A stretch of DNA of 64,000 nt from Candidatus Aenigmatarchaeota archaeon (lineage in GTDB: Archaea; Aenigmatarchaeota; Aenigmatarchaeia; Aenigmatarchaeales; Aenigmatarchaeaceae): contig JAZDKZ010000006.1 in NCBI GenBank assembly GCA_043802485.1, forward strand, positions 32,001 to 96,000, given 5' to 3'. Positions 8,704 through 18,476 of this stretch are shown in pieces. Below the pieces are notes generated by a model. It saw only the letters and a program-made list of their open reading frames with translations, was not told where the DNA came from and did no database searches. The number at the start of each line of letters is the position of its first letter. The stretch's first letter is position 1. Both the position numbers and the translations under genes were made by a program.

Positions 8704-10119
8704 ATGGCAAAGATTGTTGGTATTGATGATATAGCGACATATGTTCCAAGAACATTTCTTGAACTTGTGCCAGAAGAAAAATCAAATGGAAGATATCTAG
8801 AAACCGAGTTTTCTAAGAGTAGAGAACTGCAACCTTCTTATCTTGCAGAAGGCCTGGGAACCTACCAGTTCGGTTGGCCTGATGGACATCAGGACCCAAT
8901 CACGATGGGTGTAATGTCCTTAAAAAAACTAATAGAGAACAACGACCTTGAACTTTCTGAAATTGGTAGGGTTTATGTTGGGACGGAGAGTTCTGTTGAC
9001 CATTCCAAACCTAATGCCATGTACATCGTAGGCGCTATTGAGAGACTAAAAGGCAGGAAAGGTGAAATGAAGAACTGTACTCCTGTTGATGTGAAATTTG
9101 CCTGTGCTGGTGGAACAGTCCCTGTCGAATTTTCGGCCGAATGGATAGAGACGGGAAAAAATAATGGAAAGTGTGCTGTAGTAATCACAACCGATGTTTC
9201 TTCTTATAATCTTTTTAGTCCTGAAGAGGTCACGCAGGGTGCTGGTTCGGTTGCCATGTTAATCAAAGAAAATCCGAGACTGTTGGCACTTGAAAACGGT
9301 ATGAATGTAGAGATTGCGTCGACCATCAGCAGAGATGAGAGAGATTTTTTCAGGCCGGCTGACAAGCATTTTGCAGTCGTGGACGGTCCTCTTTCTGTAG
9401 GTTGCTATCTTGATACATGCAAGGCAGCTTTTTTGGAATATAGAAATCGAGCAAAAAAGCAAGGACTTATCAATGATGGAGAATGTCTTACAGACAAGAC
9501 GGATAGAATACTACTCCACCTTCCTTTCAATAAAATGGGGGAGAAAGCGTCAGCCGAACTATTTAATCACGAAAGAAGAGGCAAGTCTGTGTGGCAAGAT
9601 ATTACAAATGAGATAGGACAGGAACCGAGTAAGGAAGATTACAAGGCGAGTAAGTTATTCATGAAAAAACTTAAGAAGACTCAACAATTCAGAAATTTCT
9701 TTGATGAAAAACTAAAAAGCGGAACAATTGCTTCGAAAAGAACAGGTAACACTTATACAGGTTCTCTTTACAACGCCTTTTGCAGTATGCTTGAGGCGGA
9801 TTCACAAAAAGGAATCGATTTAGCTGGGAAGAGAATAGCTTTTGGTTCTTATGGTAGTGGTGCTATTTTCAAAGCATTTACTGGGGTCATACAGCCGGAT
9901 TACAAGGAAGTCGTATTGAACCTCGACCTGCTAAAGCAGTTGGACCAGAGAGAAAAAAACAAAAAAGGATCACTCTCTCTAAAGAATTATGAAAGACTTC
10001 ACGAAAAAAAGATGGGGATAGAGGAATCTGTTATTGAGCCTGAGAATGAATTCATTCTCGCTAGAATTGGCGACACACCTCTCGATAGGGGCTATAGATA
10101 TTACGAGTTTGCTGGTTAG
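8704..10119 (+). CDS. mvaS: Hydroxymethylglutaryl-CoA synthase (bacterial/haloarchaeal MvaS type)
   Basis: GTESSVDHSKP, KFACAGG (catalytic Cys), TQGAG, HLPF, GNTYTGS, SYGSG. Confidence 0.92.
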   Translation: MAKIVGIDDIATYVPRTFLELVPEEKSNGRYLETEFSKSRELQPSYLAEGLGTYQFGWPDGHQDPITMGVMSLKKLIENNDLELSEIGRVYVGTESSVDHSKPNAMYIVGAIERLKGRKGEMKNCTPVDVKFACAGGTVPVEFSAEWIETGKNNGKCAVVITTDVSSYNLFSPEEVTQGAGSVAMLIKENPRLLALENGMNVEIASTISRDERDFFRPADKHFAVVDGPLSVGCYLDTCKAAFLEYRNRAKKQGLINDGECLTDKTDRILLHLPFNKMGEKASAELFNHERRGKSVWQDITNEIGQEPSKEDYKASKLFMKKLKKTQQFRNFFDEKLKSGTIASKRTGNTYTGSLYNAFCSMLEADSQKGIDLAGKRIAFGSYGSGAIFKAFTGVIQPDYKEVVLNLDLLKQLDQREKNKKGSLSLKNYERLHEKKMGIEESVIEPENEFILARIGDTPLDRGYRYYEFAG

Positions 10120-10166
10120 CAAGCTGAAAACTTTTAAGCTTCTAAAATCAACTATTCTTGATTGAT

Positions 10167-11882
10167 ATGATTAGGCAGCCTATTGTTGTGACCATCGGTC
10201 ATGTTGACCACGGGAAGACCACTTTGCTAGACAAGATTAGAAAGACTGCCGTGCAATCCAAGGAAGTCGGGGGCATAACGCAGGCAATAGGCGCCACCGA
10301 AATCCCGCTGGATGTTGTGAAGAACATATGCGGGGACCTTCTGCAGAAGATGAAGATAGAGATCAAGATTCCTGGCTTGTTGTTCATAGACACGCCAGGA
10401 CATGAGGCGTTCACATCAATAAGGAAGAGGGGTTCCTCGTTAGCGGATTTGGCGATTCTTGTCATCGACATCAACGAGGGCATCCAGCCCCAGACTGACG
10501 AGTCTATACAGATATTGAAGGAATTCAAGACTCCATTCCTTGTTGCCGCCACAAAGATAGACAGGATGGAGGGATGGATAAGGAGCGAGGGCTCATGTTT
10601 TTTCGAGAGCTATCAGAAGCAGCCTGACTGGGTGAAGGAAAGGTTTGAGGAAAAGTTCTACAGGTTGGTCGGTCAGCTGTCAGAAAGGGGCTTCCAGTCC
10701 GAGAGGTATGATAGGGTTGACGATTTCAAGAAAACAGTATCCATAGTTCCCTGCTCAGGCGTAACAGGCGAGGGCATACCAGAGCTGTTGATGTTTCTTG
10801 CCGGTCTGGCGCAGAGTTTCTTGAAGGACGAGCTGGAGGTTTCACAGGGAGTCGGCAGAGGTTCTATACTCGAGGTAAAGGAGCTTAGAGGATTAGGAAC
10901 CACATTGGACGTCATATTGTATGATGGTGAGATAAACAAGGGAGACTGGATGATTATCGGAGGAAGAGAACCTGTGGTCACAAAGATAAAGACCCTGATG
11001 AAGCCAAGGCCAATGAAGGAAATAAGAGTCGAGAAGCAGTTCGAAAACATCACACATGCGTCCGCAGCCTCAGGAGTGAAGATTTCAGCGCCTGGTCTTG
11101 ATAATATAATCGCAGGAAGTCCTGTTGCCTTTGTTTCTGACGAGAGCCAGATAGATGAGATAAAGAAAGAGCTACAGAGCGGCATTGAGGACATTGAGTT
11201 CGAAAAACCCATAGACGGCATAATGCTAAAGGCCGACAATCTAGGCAGCCTTGAGGCTTTGATTGGCATGTTCGAGAAGAAGGTTCCTGTAAACAAGGCC
11301 AGCATAGGAAGCGTGTTAAAGAAGGATGTCATAACAGCCGACGCGGTCAGCAACCCTTTGATGAAAGTAATAATTGCGTTCAATTCCCATGTAGATGAGT
11401 CTGTGCTAAGCTATGCGAATGACAATAATATCAAGATTATCAAAAGCAACATAATATACAAGCTGATGGATGAATATGAGGAGTTCGTGGAGGAGACCAA
11501 GGAAAGGATAAAGCAGGAGAAGCTGAAAACCATAACCCTGCCTGCAAAGATAAAGCTGATACCTGGTCATGTGTTCCGTGCGAACAACCCGGCCATTGTC
11601 GGTGTTGAGGTTCTTGCCGGAAAGATAAAGGCAGGCTACAAGCTGCAGAAGGACGGCAAGGAGATAGGTTTTATAAAAACCATACAGTCTGAAAGCAAGA
11701 CTCTGGAGGAGGCCAAACTAGGCGACAAGGTTGCTCTTTCGATTGACGGTCCCACTGTGGGCAGGCACATAAGGGAGGGTGACGAACTGGCGACTCTGAT
11801 TACAAAGAAGGACCTCAAGGTCCTGGAAGAGCTGAACATGAAAGAAGAGATTGCTCTAGCAAGGGATATTTTAGGAAAATAA
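10167..11882 (+). CDS. infB: Translation initiation factor aIF5B (IF-2)
   Basis: RQPIV..GHVDHGKT, GITQ, DTPGHEAF. Confidence 0.96.
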   Translation: MIRQPIVVTIGHVDHGKTTLLDKIRKTAVQSKEVGGITQAIGATEIPLDVVKNICGDLLQKMKIEIKIPGLLFIDTPGHEAFTSIRKRGSSLADLAILVIDINEGIQPQTDESIQILKEFKTPFLVAATKIDRMEGWIRSEGSCFFESYQKQPDWVKERFEEKFYRLVGQLSERGFQSERYDRVDDFKKTVSIVPCSGVTGEGIPELLMFLAGLAQSFLKDELEVSQGVGRGSILEVKELRGLGTTLDVILYDGEINKGDWMIIGGREPVVTKIKTLMKPRPMKEIRVEKQFENITHASAASGVKISAPGLDNIIAGSPVAFVSDESQIDEIKKELQSGIEDIEFEKPIDGIMLKADNLGSLEALIGMFEKKVPVNKASIGSVLKKDVITADAVSNPLMKVIIAFNSHVDESVLSYANDNNIKIIKSNIIYKLMDEYEEFVEETKERIKQEKLKTITLPAKIKLIPGHVFRANNPAIVGVEVLAGKIKAGYKLQKDGKEIGFIKTIQSESKTLEEAKLGDKVALSIDGPTVGRHIREGDELATLITKKDLKVLEELNMKEEIALARDILGK

Positions 11883-11883
11883 A

Positions 11884-12363
11884 TTATTTCATGTGATATT
11901 CGAATGATTTTCTGTTGAATTCCTCAGAATCGTATACAGTTAGACCTTCTTCATGTAAAAGAACAAATTCTTCTATCCCACTCCTCAAAACTAATACACT
12001 GCACCTAGTACATGAAGGTTTTCCAGACGGTTTTATTTCTCCTTCCTTTACCTTTATATGATACATCCTCGAACCCTTCAAACTGTTATATCTTTCCAGT
12101 GCATCTAAAATTGCTTCTTCTTCGGCGTGATAAGCGGGGCATTTATCTTTATTTCTTTTGTCCTTCGGCCTTTCCAATGCACACGGCGGTTCACAAAGCT
12201 CCTCCATAACGGTGTTATTGTTGCCTCTTCCGATAATCTTCCCGTCCTTGACAATGACCACACCTCTTTGAGACTTTCTGCAAGTTGAATTCTTTGCCAC
12301 CTCTGCTGCTTGGAGAATGAATTTCATGGCTTCTTCGGCTTCTTTTCCTTTCAAGTACCTCAT
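11884..12363 (-). CDS. Zinc-dependent cytidine/dCMP deaminase family protein
   Basis: HAEE and PSCTRC motifs. Confidence 0.85.
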   Translation of the reverse strand: MRYLKGKEAEEAMKFILQAAEVAKNSTCRKSQRGVVIVKDGKIIGRGNNNTVMEELCEPPCALERPKDKRNKDKCPAYHAEEEAILDALERYNSLKGSRMYHIKVKEGEIKPSGKPSCTRCSVLVLRSGIEEFVLLHEEGLTVYDSEEFNRKSFEYHMK

Positions 12364-12401
12364 AACACTTTATTTCTTCGGTAAAAATTTAAAACAGTTC
12401 A

Positions 12402-13097
12402 TCAAATGAAAAAGGGAACACTTTTTTTGTAAGCCCTGTATTTTATGAATTGCTTTGAAACTTCGTTTTCCTCTTTTCTGCAGACATCCAGGTACTTGTA
12501 GACAAGTATGGGCGTGAAAACCAGGGTTATCAGTGTAGGCCAAGCCACGAACCAGCCCCATGTCATTAGTATGAAGCCTAGGTATTGTGGGTGTCTTGAA
12601 TACGAATAAATGCCTCGTGTTACAAGGCCTTTCTTGACGTTTTTGTACAACGTAATCCAGCCTGTAATTATTAGAAGCATCCCGACAACTATTAGGGCTG
12701 CTCCGTATACCATGCCTATGTCCATGCCGAAGCCCACACCAAAGATTTCGAAGCCTGTTAGAACCCCAGGCGTCTGGGCGCCCGGGTTAAAGAAATAGCT
12801 TGATGTTAGAAGTATCGTGAGCGGTATGCCGTACATCTCTATGAAAAGCGATACGAAAAACGCCCCCGCAAGGCCGTACTCGCCCCAGTTTGCCTTTCTC
12901 CTGTAGGACAGCGGTATCATGAAGGCCATGAAAAGCGCTATGCTGATCAGCACCACATGCCACTGTTGGCTTATGACTTCCCTGATTATGTTGCCGCTGA
13001 GGTATGATGCAAAGTGCTCATAGAAGCCTGGAACGTTTAGCAGGGGCAGGAGCAAAAGCACTATGAAAAACGCCTTGAACAAAATACCCTTAACCAT
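12402..13097 (-). CDS. Isoprenylcysteine carboxyl methyltransferase/PEMT-like membrane protein
   Basis: LVTRGIYSYSRHPQY, EE motif, multiple TM segments. Confidence 0.85.
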   Translation of the reverse strand: MVKGILFKAFFIVLLLLPLLNVPGFYEHFASYLSGNIIREVISQQWHVVLISIALFMAFMIPLSYRRKANWGEYGLAGAFFVSLFIEMYGIPLTILLTSSYFFNPGAQTPGVLTGFEIFGVGFGMDIGMVYGAALIVVGMLLIITGWITLYKNVKKGLVTRGIYSYSRHPQYLGFILMTWGWFVAWPTLITLVFTPILVYKYLDVCRKEENEVSKQFIKYRAYKKSVPFFI

Positions 13098-13275
13098 GTC
13101 TATATGTTGTTTTCTCAATCTTTAAAATATTAGAATAAAATTGAATTATACAGATTTGTTTGAAAGAATGAACAAAGAAGTTAGTGGCGAGGTTTAAGTT
13201 TTAAATACTTTTATTATAATTAATAAACAACCCGGATATGTGCCTAGATAAGCAAAAACTGGGAGGTAATTGATT

Positions 13276-13833
13276 ATGGCATTCAAAATCGTAATAAGCG
13301 AACCAAAAAGCAAAAAGGCTTGGCAAATAGAAAAGGAAGTTCCATTTCTGAACGGCAAAAAGATTGGCGAGAGCTTTGACGGATCTCTGATAGGTCTTTC
13401 TGGCTTCATGATGCAGGTAACAGGCGGAAGCGACAAGGATGGAGTTCCCATGAGGCCTGATTCAGAAGGTTCTCAGAGGAGAAAGGCGCTCCTAACAAAG
13501 GGTGTGGGTTTCAGAGGCATCAAGAAAATAAGGAAGAAAAAGTTCAAGAGAGAGGGCATGAAGAAGAGAAAGCTCATAAGAGGCAACACCATTTCCGAGG
13601 ACATCATGCAGGTCAACTGCAAGATAGTCAGCGGCGAGGGCGATATCCCGAAGCTCTTGGGAATAGCACCTAAGGAAGAAGCGCCAAAAGAGGGAGAAGC
13701 ACCCAAACAGGAACATCCTAAAGCAGAAGAGAAGAAGGAAGAACCAAAAGCCGAAGCTCCTAAAGAGGAGCCAAAGGTAGAAGAAAAGCCCAAAGAAGAA
13801 GCAAAGCCTGAAGAGAAGAAAGATGGTGAGTAA
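13276..13833 (+). CDS. rps6e: Ribosomal protein eS6 with low-complexity E/K/P tail
   Basis: TGGSDKDGVPMR, RKLIRGN, QVNCK. Confidence 0.95.
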   Translation: MAFKIVISEPKSKKAWQIEKEVPFLNGKKIGESFDGSLIGLSGFMMQVTGGSDKDGVPMRPDSEGSQRRKALLTKGVGFRGIKKIRKKKFKREGMKKRKLIRGNTISEDIMQVNCKIVSGEGDIPKLLGIAPKEEAPKEGEAPKQEHPKAEEKKEEPKAEAPKEEPKVEEKPKEEAKPEEKKDGE

Positions 13834-15022
13834 ATTCAAGAAAATAGACGAGAAGCTGATTCCAGAAGTCAATATCGGTACTCTGGGTCATGTTGATCAC
13901 GGCAAGTCTACTCTGGTTCAAGCGATTTCTGGCAAGTGGCCGGCAACCCATTCTGAAGAGCTGAAAAGAGGAATCACTATCAAGCTTGGCTATGCTGATG
14001 CAACCATATACAAGTGCAAGAAATGCGATATTTTCTGCTCTACGGAAAAATGCCCCAAGTGTTCTGAAAAGGCTGAGGTTGAAAGGACAGTCTCGTTCGT
14101 TGACGCTCCAGGTCACGAGACGCTCATGGCAACGGTTCTGGCAGGCGCCAGCCTGATGGACGGTATCATGTTCATAATAGCTGCGAACGAAAAGTGCCCG
14201 CAGCCGCAAACGAAAGAACATCTGATGGTTCTGAACATTGTCGGGATAAAGAATATTGTCATTGTCCAGACAAAGGTGGACCTGGTCTCCAAGGAAAAGG
14301 CGCTTGAAAACTATAACCAAATCAAAGAATTTGTCAAGGGTACGGTAGCCGAAGGCGCTCCCATAATACCTGTCTCTGCGCAGAAGAAGATTAACATGGA
14401 AGTCCTTCTAGAAACTATTCAAGAAAAAATGCCCACGCCGGCAAAGGATGCCAGCAAGCCGCCGAAAATGCTGGTTGTCAGAACATTCGACATAAACAAG
14501 CCTGGCACTGAGATAGAAAAGCTGTGCGGAGGTGTTCTTGGCGGAGGGCTTGTGCAGGGAGAGCTGAAGGTCGGTGAGGAGATCGAGATAAGGCCTGGTA
14601 TAAAGATCAAGGACCAGTGGAATCCCATCAAGACAAAGGTAATCGGCTTGCAAAAGGCTGGCAAGAACTTGGAAAAGGCTGATGTCGGTGGCTTGCTTGG
14701 GGTTCTTACAGAGCTTGACCCTGCTCTGGTAAAGACAGACTTTCTTTCAGGCTCGGTTGCTGGCAGGGAGCTGCCCCCTGTGCTTGACAAAGTGACATTC
14801 AAACCCAACCTTTTCGAGGATTCGGACCCGCTAAGGGATGGGGAAAAGCTCATGATAAACGCTGGGACAGCAAGGACGGTCGGCGTGATAAAGAATCTCA
14901 AGAACAATGTCTGCGATGTTGACCTGCTGCTTCCAATATGCGCTGCCAAGGGCGACAGGCTGGTCATATCAAGACGAATCGCAGAAAGATGGCGACTCAC
15001 CGGCTGGAGCCTTATCGAATAA
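13823..15022 (+). CDS. eif2g: Translation initiation factor aIF2 gamma
   Basis: EVNIGTLGHVDHGKST, HSEELKRGITIKLGYA, DAPGHE. Confidence 0.96.
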   Translation: MVSKFKKIDEKLIPEVNIGTLGHVDHGKSTLVQAISGKWPATHSEELKRGITIKLGYADATIYKCKKCDIFCSTEKCPKCSEKAEVERTVSFVDAPGHETLMATVLAGASLMDGIMFIIAANEKCPQPQTKEHLMVLNIVGIKNIVIVQTKVDLVSKEKALENYNQIKEFVKGTVAEGAPIIPVSAQKKINMEVLLETIQEKMPTPAKDASKPPKMLVVRTFDINKPGTEIEKLCGGVLGGGLVQGELKVGEEIEIRPGIKIKDQWNPIKTKVIGLQKAGKNLEKADVGGLLGVLTELDPALVKTDFLSGSVAGRELPPVLDKVTFKPNLFEDSDPLRDGEKLMINAGTARTVGVIKNLKNNVCDVDLLLPICAAKGDRLVISRRIAERWRLTGWSLIE

Positions 15023-15057
15023 CAAATTATTTAAGCTTAAATGCACAAATGATTCTT

Positions 15058-16455
15058 ATGAAAAAGTTATTTTTATCTTTTCTAGCCATAACCCTTGTCT
15101 TGTCCCAGGTGGCTTTTGCACAGGATTTCAGCATGACAATAGAACCAACGGACATTGTGAAGCACGAGTTCCTCGCGACTCACACAGAATACATAAAACT
15201 TACTATCGAGAACCCTCTTTTCGAGAGCTGGTTCACTGTTTCTGTTGTCGGCTTTCCACAGGAATGGGTAACGGCCAAGGAATCCCTGATAAGGGTTCCC
15301 GCCTATTCGAAAGGCGAGGTCCTGATAGAGGTCAACCTGCCAAAGGACGCGCTTCCTAATATTTACGAGTACTTTTTGAAGGTCACCAGGACTAACACAG
15401 GTTCTGTGTCGGAAAGGTCCTTGTTAATTAATGTCAAGCAGGTTACTTCTGCGATACTGAGGGACATTTACCTGAGCTGCGGCACATGCACAGACGAGGT
15501 GCTGATATCTGGCAATGTCTACAATGTCGGCTCCAAACTATTGAACAATCTGGTTATAGTTGCCAATGTGGGCAACCAGCAGAAGACGTTCCCGATAGAG
15601 CGATTGGGAGTCTTGGAGAGCAAGGAGTTCACCATGGCCTTTGACTTGGACGGCAAGAGCCCGGGTTCATATGATGTTGATTTCGAACTGGTGGACGATA
15701 TTGGCAGGATATTCTACACAGAGCAAAAGTCCTTCAAGATACCGTCCATAGAGAACATTGTCTATGACAACGATGTTTCGTCAACGCCTTTCGGAAGCTC
15801 TGTCACCCTGACTGCGACCAACACAGGGAACATTGACGCAGAGGCAGACCTGAGTTCTGTTTCCCCAGAAGGCTGGTATTATTTTTACTCTGGTCCTAAC
15901 CCGACAGGCATGATACTTGGCAAGTACTATTGGAAGACTACCATTGCTCCGGGCGAGAGCAGCAGCGTAACCTATTCGGAGATTTACTGGCCAACTTATG
16001 TCCTGATAATCGCGGCAGTTCTTGCCGGAGTTTTCATATATTGGCAGTCCACCGCTTTGACGTTCTCAAAGAGGCTGATCACCAAAACAGACGGACACGC
16101 CTCTGTCTCGCTCCATCTGAGAAGCAGGAAGAAAGGGGTTGACGGAGTGTTTGTAAAGGACACTGTCCCTTCCCAGTTCTCCATAATGAGCAATTTCGAG
16201 TCTGTCAAGCCCATAATAAAGAAGATTGCTGACGGCGTCGAGCTGCACTGGAGGCTTGGCAAGATGGGCTCGAAAGAGGAAAGGGTCCTTCACTATACCA
16301 TAAAGCCTGCCGAGAACATGGTAGGTGACGTGAAGCTGCCTGCGGCAAAGGCAAAGGGCAAGAGGCACAAGGCGCCCATCTACAAGAGGTCCAACAGGGT
16401 CTCTGTGCGCGCTGGCGGCAAGAAGAGGACTTTTTCAGTCGCTGTGAACGAGTAG
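15058..16455 (+). CDS. Membrane-anchored protein with signal peptide and Ig-like domains
   Basis: MKKLFLSFLAI signal peptide, beta-rich body (NVG/NTG motifs), one internal TM helix. Confidence 0.75.
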   Translation: MKKLFLSFLAITLVLSQVAFAQDFSMTIEPTDIVKHEFLATHTEYIKLTIENPLFESWFTVSVVGFPQEWVTAKESLIRVPAYSKGEVLIEVNLPKDALPNIYEYFLKVTRTNTGSVSERSLLINVKQVTSAILRDIYLSCGTCTDEVLISGNVYNVGSKLLNNLVIVANVGNQQKTFPIERLGVLESKEFTMAFDLDGKSPGSYDVDFELVDDIGRIFYTEQKSFKIPSIENIVYDNDVSSTPFGSSVTLTATNTGNIDAEADLSSVSPEGWYYFYSGPNPTGMILGKYYWKTTIAPGESSSVTYSEIYWPTYVLIIAAVLAGVFIYWQSTALTFSKRLITKTDGHASVSLHLRSRKKGVDGVFVKDTVPSQFSIMSNFESVKPIIKKIADGVELHWRLGKMGSKEERVLHYTIKPAENMVGDVKLPAAKAKGKRHKAPIYKRSNRVSVRAGGKKRTFSVAVNE

Positions 16456-16496
16456 CTTTTCTGAAGCAATTTAAAGCTTTCTGACAAATATAGGAC

Positions 16497-16787
16497 ATGC
16501 CTGATGCAAAGTGCTTTACAAAAAGAGATGAGCTAGATATATGCTATCTGATAGTCGAGAAAGCAAAAGAAATGTCTGCTCATGGCGGCGCCACTAAAAA
16601 CGACATGGCAAGACATGCAAAAATAAACATCACAAACCAACTTAATGACTATTTGTCGCGTCTTTTGAGTGGGAATATTCTTGAAAAGAAGGATAAGAGA
16701 TACGTAGCTACTGCAGGCGGGTTGAAATTCGTAGAAACTTGCAACAAGTTGGATAACCTGTTTCCTTTGTCTCAAAGAACCGCTTGA
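16497..16787 (+). CDS. Winged-helix DNA-binding protein
   Basis: R..LDI..IV, TK..MA, YL..L..GIL, Y..T..GLKF pattern. Confidence 0.7.
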   Translation: MPDAKCFTKRDELDICYLIVEKAKEMSAHGGATKNDMARHAKINITNQLNDYLSRLLSGNILEKKDKRYVATAGGLKFVETCNKLDNLFPLSQRTA

Positions 16788-16825
16788 ATAAAGTTATAAA
16801 TACTTCTCCAAATAATTTTGATTAG

Positions 16826-16955
16826 CCCCAGGTAGCTCAATGGCAGAGCGATCGGCTGTAGACGAGTACTGTAGTGCTTGTCGCTTAGCAGTCGCTCGGC
16901 AATCACCGATTACATAAGTCGGTAAAGGTTGGGGGTTCAAATCCCTCCCTGGGGA
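16826..16955 (+). tRNA. tRNA-Tyr(GUA) with two introns (16862-16904 at 37/38; 16911-16925 at 43/44)
   Basis: CCCCAGG/CCTGGGG acceptor, ATCGG/CCGAT anticodon stem, GTA anticodon, two BHB motifs. Confidence 0.9.
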
Positions 16956-17015
16956 CTTTCTTTTTTCAATTCCAGAATCCTTAAATTTTTATGCTGAAAT
17001 TTCTAAATTAGAATT

Positions 17016-17636
17016 ATGAAATTTTACTTATCCTCGTATAGCTTAGGGAACAAAGTCCAGAAGCTGAAAAAAATGCTTTCAAAGAATAAAAAGACGGCTT
17101 TCATATCAAATGCGATGGACTATGTTGATGATATGAACAAAAGAAAACAGAAGGATCTAAGCGGTATGGAAGAACTGAGAAAGGTCGGCATGAAGCCGGA
17201 GCTTTTGGACTTGCGTGATTATTTTAATAAAAGAGAAAAGCTCAAGAGAAAGGTCAAGGAGTTCGGTGCTTTCTGGGTGACAGGCGGCAATGTCTTCGTT
17301 CTTAGGCACGCCATGAAGTTGAGTGGCTTTGATTCTATTTTGGTTGGTATGAAAAACAGAGATGATATCTTGTACGGAGGCTACAGTGCCGGCGTATGTG
17401 TGCTGGCGCCAACCCTTAGAGGTATGAATCTCATGGATTACACTGGCTTCAAACTATATAGTAAAGAACCCGTACTGATTTGGGAAGGTCTCGGCATTCT
17501 GGATTATTCTGTTGTTCCTCACTACAAATCGGATCACCCGGAATCGAAACTGGCAGACAAAGTCGTGGAATATATGATAGAAAATAAACTGCCGTTCAGG
17601 CCACTCAGAAACGGAGAAGTTATAATCATAGAGTGA
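17016..17636 (+). CDS. Peptidase E (S51) / class I GATase-like protein
   Basis: VTGGNVF, YGGYSAG, VVPHY motifs. Confidence 0.88.
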   Translation: MKFYLSSYSLGNKVQKLKKMLSKNKKTAFISNAMDYVDDMNKRKQKDLSGMEELRKVGMKPELLDLRDYFNKREKLKRKVKEFGAFWVTGGNVFVLRHAMKLSGFDSILVGMKNRDDILYGGYSAGVCVLAPTLRGMNLMDYTGFKLYSKEPVLIWEGLGILDYSVVPHYKSDHPESKLADKVVEYMIENKLPFRPLRNGEVIIIE

Positions 17637-17682
17637 TATCAATATTCAGACTTGTATGGGATTTGAACTTTTGGGTTAACCT

Positions 17683-17697
17683 CTCCCTGGGGACTTT
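17683..17697 (+). repeat. 15-bp direct repeat of the tRNA-Tyr 3' end (att-like)
   Basis: CTCCCTGGGGACTTT identical to 16945-16959. Confidence 0.7.
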
Positions 17698-17733
17698 TAT
17701 TCTTATCAAACCACATATAGGATAGGTTACAAA

Positions 17734-18426
17734 ATGTACGAATATTTCATCTTTTCGCTGATACTGCTTGGCATATGGCTTGCCATATACATAGTGAAAA
17801 AGTCCCTGAGAAGGGAGATGCTTATAGTTAGCTGGTTCACTGCTCCAGTTGGACTAACACAACCGCTTTTTCTTGGTGTCTACTGGAATCCTTCTTCTCT
17901 GTTCAACCTCAACAATATCATAGGCTTCGACATAGAGAGCATCATGTTCTCCTTTGCGATAGGAGGAATTGTGGCAGTTCTATACGAGTCCATGCTAAGG
18001 ATAGAACACGTCAAGGTAGGCAAAGGAACCTACGACAGAGGAGGGTTTTTCCACAAGGTTGCCATAGTCTCGCCGATATTAATATTCTTCCCACTATATT
18101 TTCTGACGGACACAAACCCGATATTTTCCACTGTTTTCGCCCTGTTCATTGGCGGAGTACTTACCATAATATGCAGACGCGATTTAGCGAAAAATACTGT
18201 AGTGGGAGGGGTACTGTTCACTGTATTATATCTGGTTTTCTTTCTGTTCGTTAACCTTGCCGATCCCAACTTTGTGAACTATTGGAACCTGTCAGAGATA
18301 ACTGGGGTGCTTGTTTTTGGTATACCTCTAGAAGAGCTCTTATTTGCTTTCGCCTTTGGTATGATGTGGTCAAGCGTCTACGAGCACACCTTCGGTTACA
18401 TGATAAAGGCAAAGAGCAGAAAATAA
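17734..18426 (+). CDS. Lycopene cyclase domain-containing membrane protein
   Basis: Two repeats with W...G..IES and GIPLEELLF motifs. Confidence 0.75.
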   Translation: MYEYFIFSLILLGIWLAIYIVKKSLRREMLIVSWFTAPVGLTQPLFLGVYWNPSSLFNLNNIIGFDIESIMFSFAIGGIVAVLYESMLRIEHVKVGKGTYDRGGFFHKVAIVSPILIFFPLYFLTDTNPIFSTVFALFIGGVLTIICRRDLAKNTVVGGVLFTVLYLVFFLFVNLADPNFVNYWNLSEITGVLVFGIPLEELLFAFAFGMMWSSVYEHTFGYMIKAKSRK

Positions 18427-18476
18427 AGCTGTCTGAAGACTGCTAATTTTATATTTCTGTTTTTTAAAGAAATAAT

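Noticed and set aside
13660..13830. Repetitive GAA/AAG-rich DNA (also in ftsY and rpl31e) as a tandem repeat or CRISPR array
   Set aside because: It encodes low-complexity E/K/P protein tails; no repeat-spacer periodicity was seen in the window
16862..16904. tRNA-Tyr intron 1 as another C/D guide intron
   Set aside because: No anticodon-complementary element and no GATGA/TTGA boxes; it is a plain hairpin
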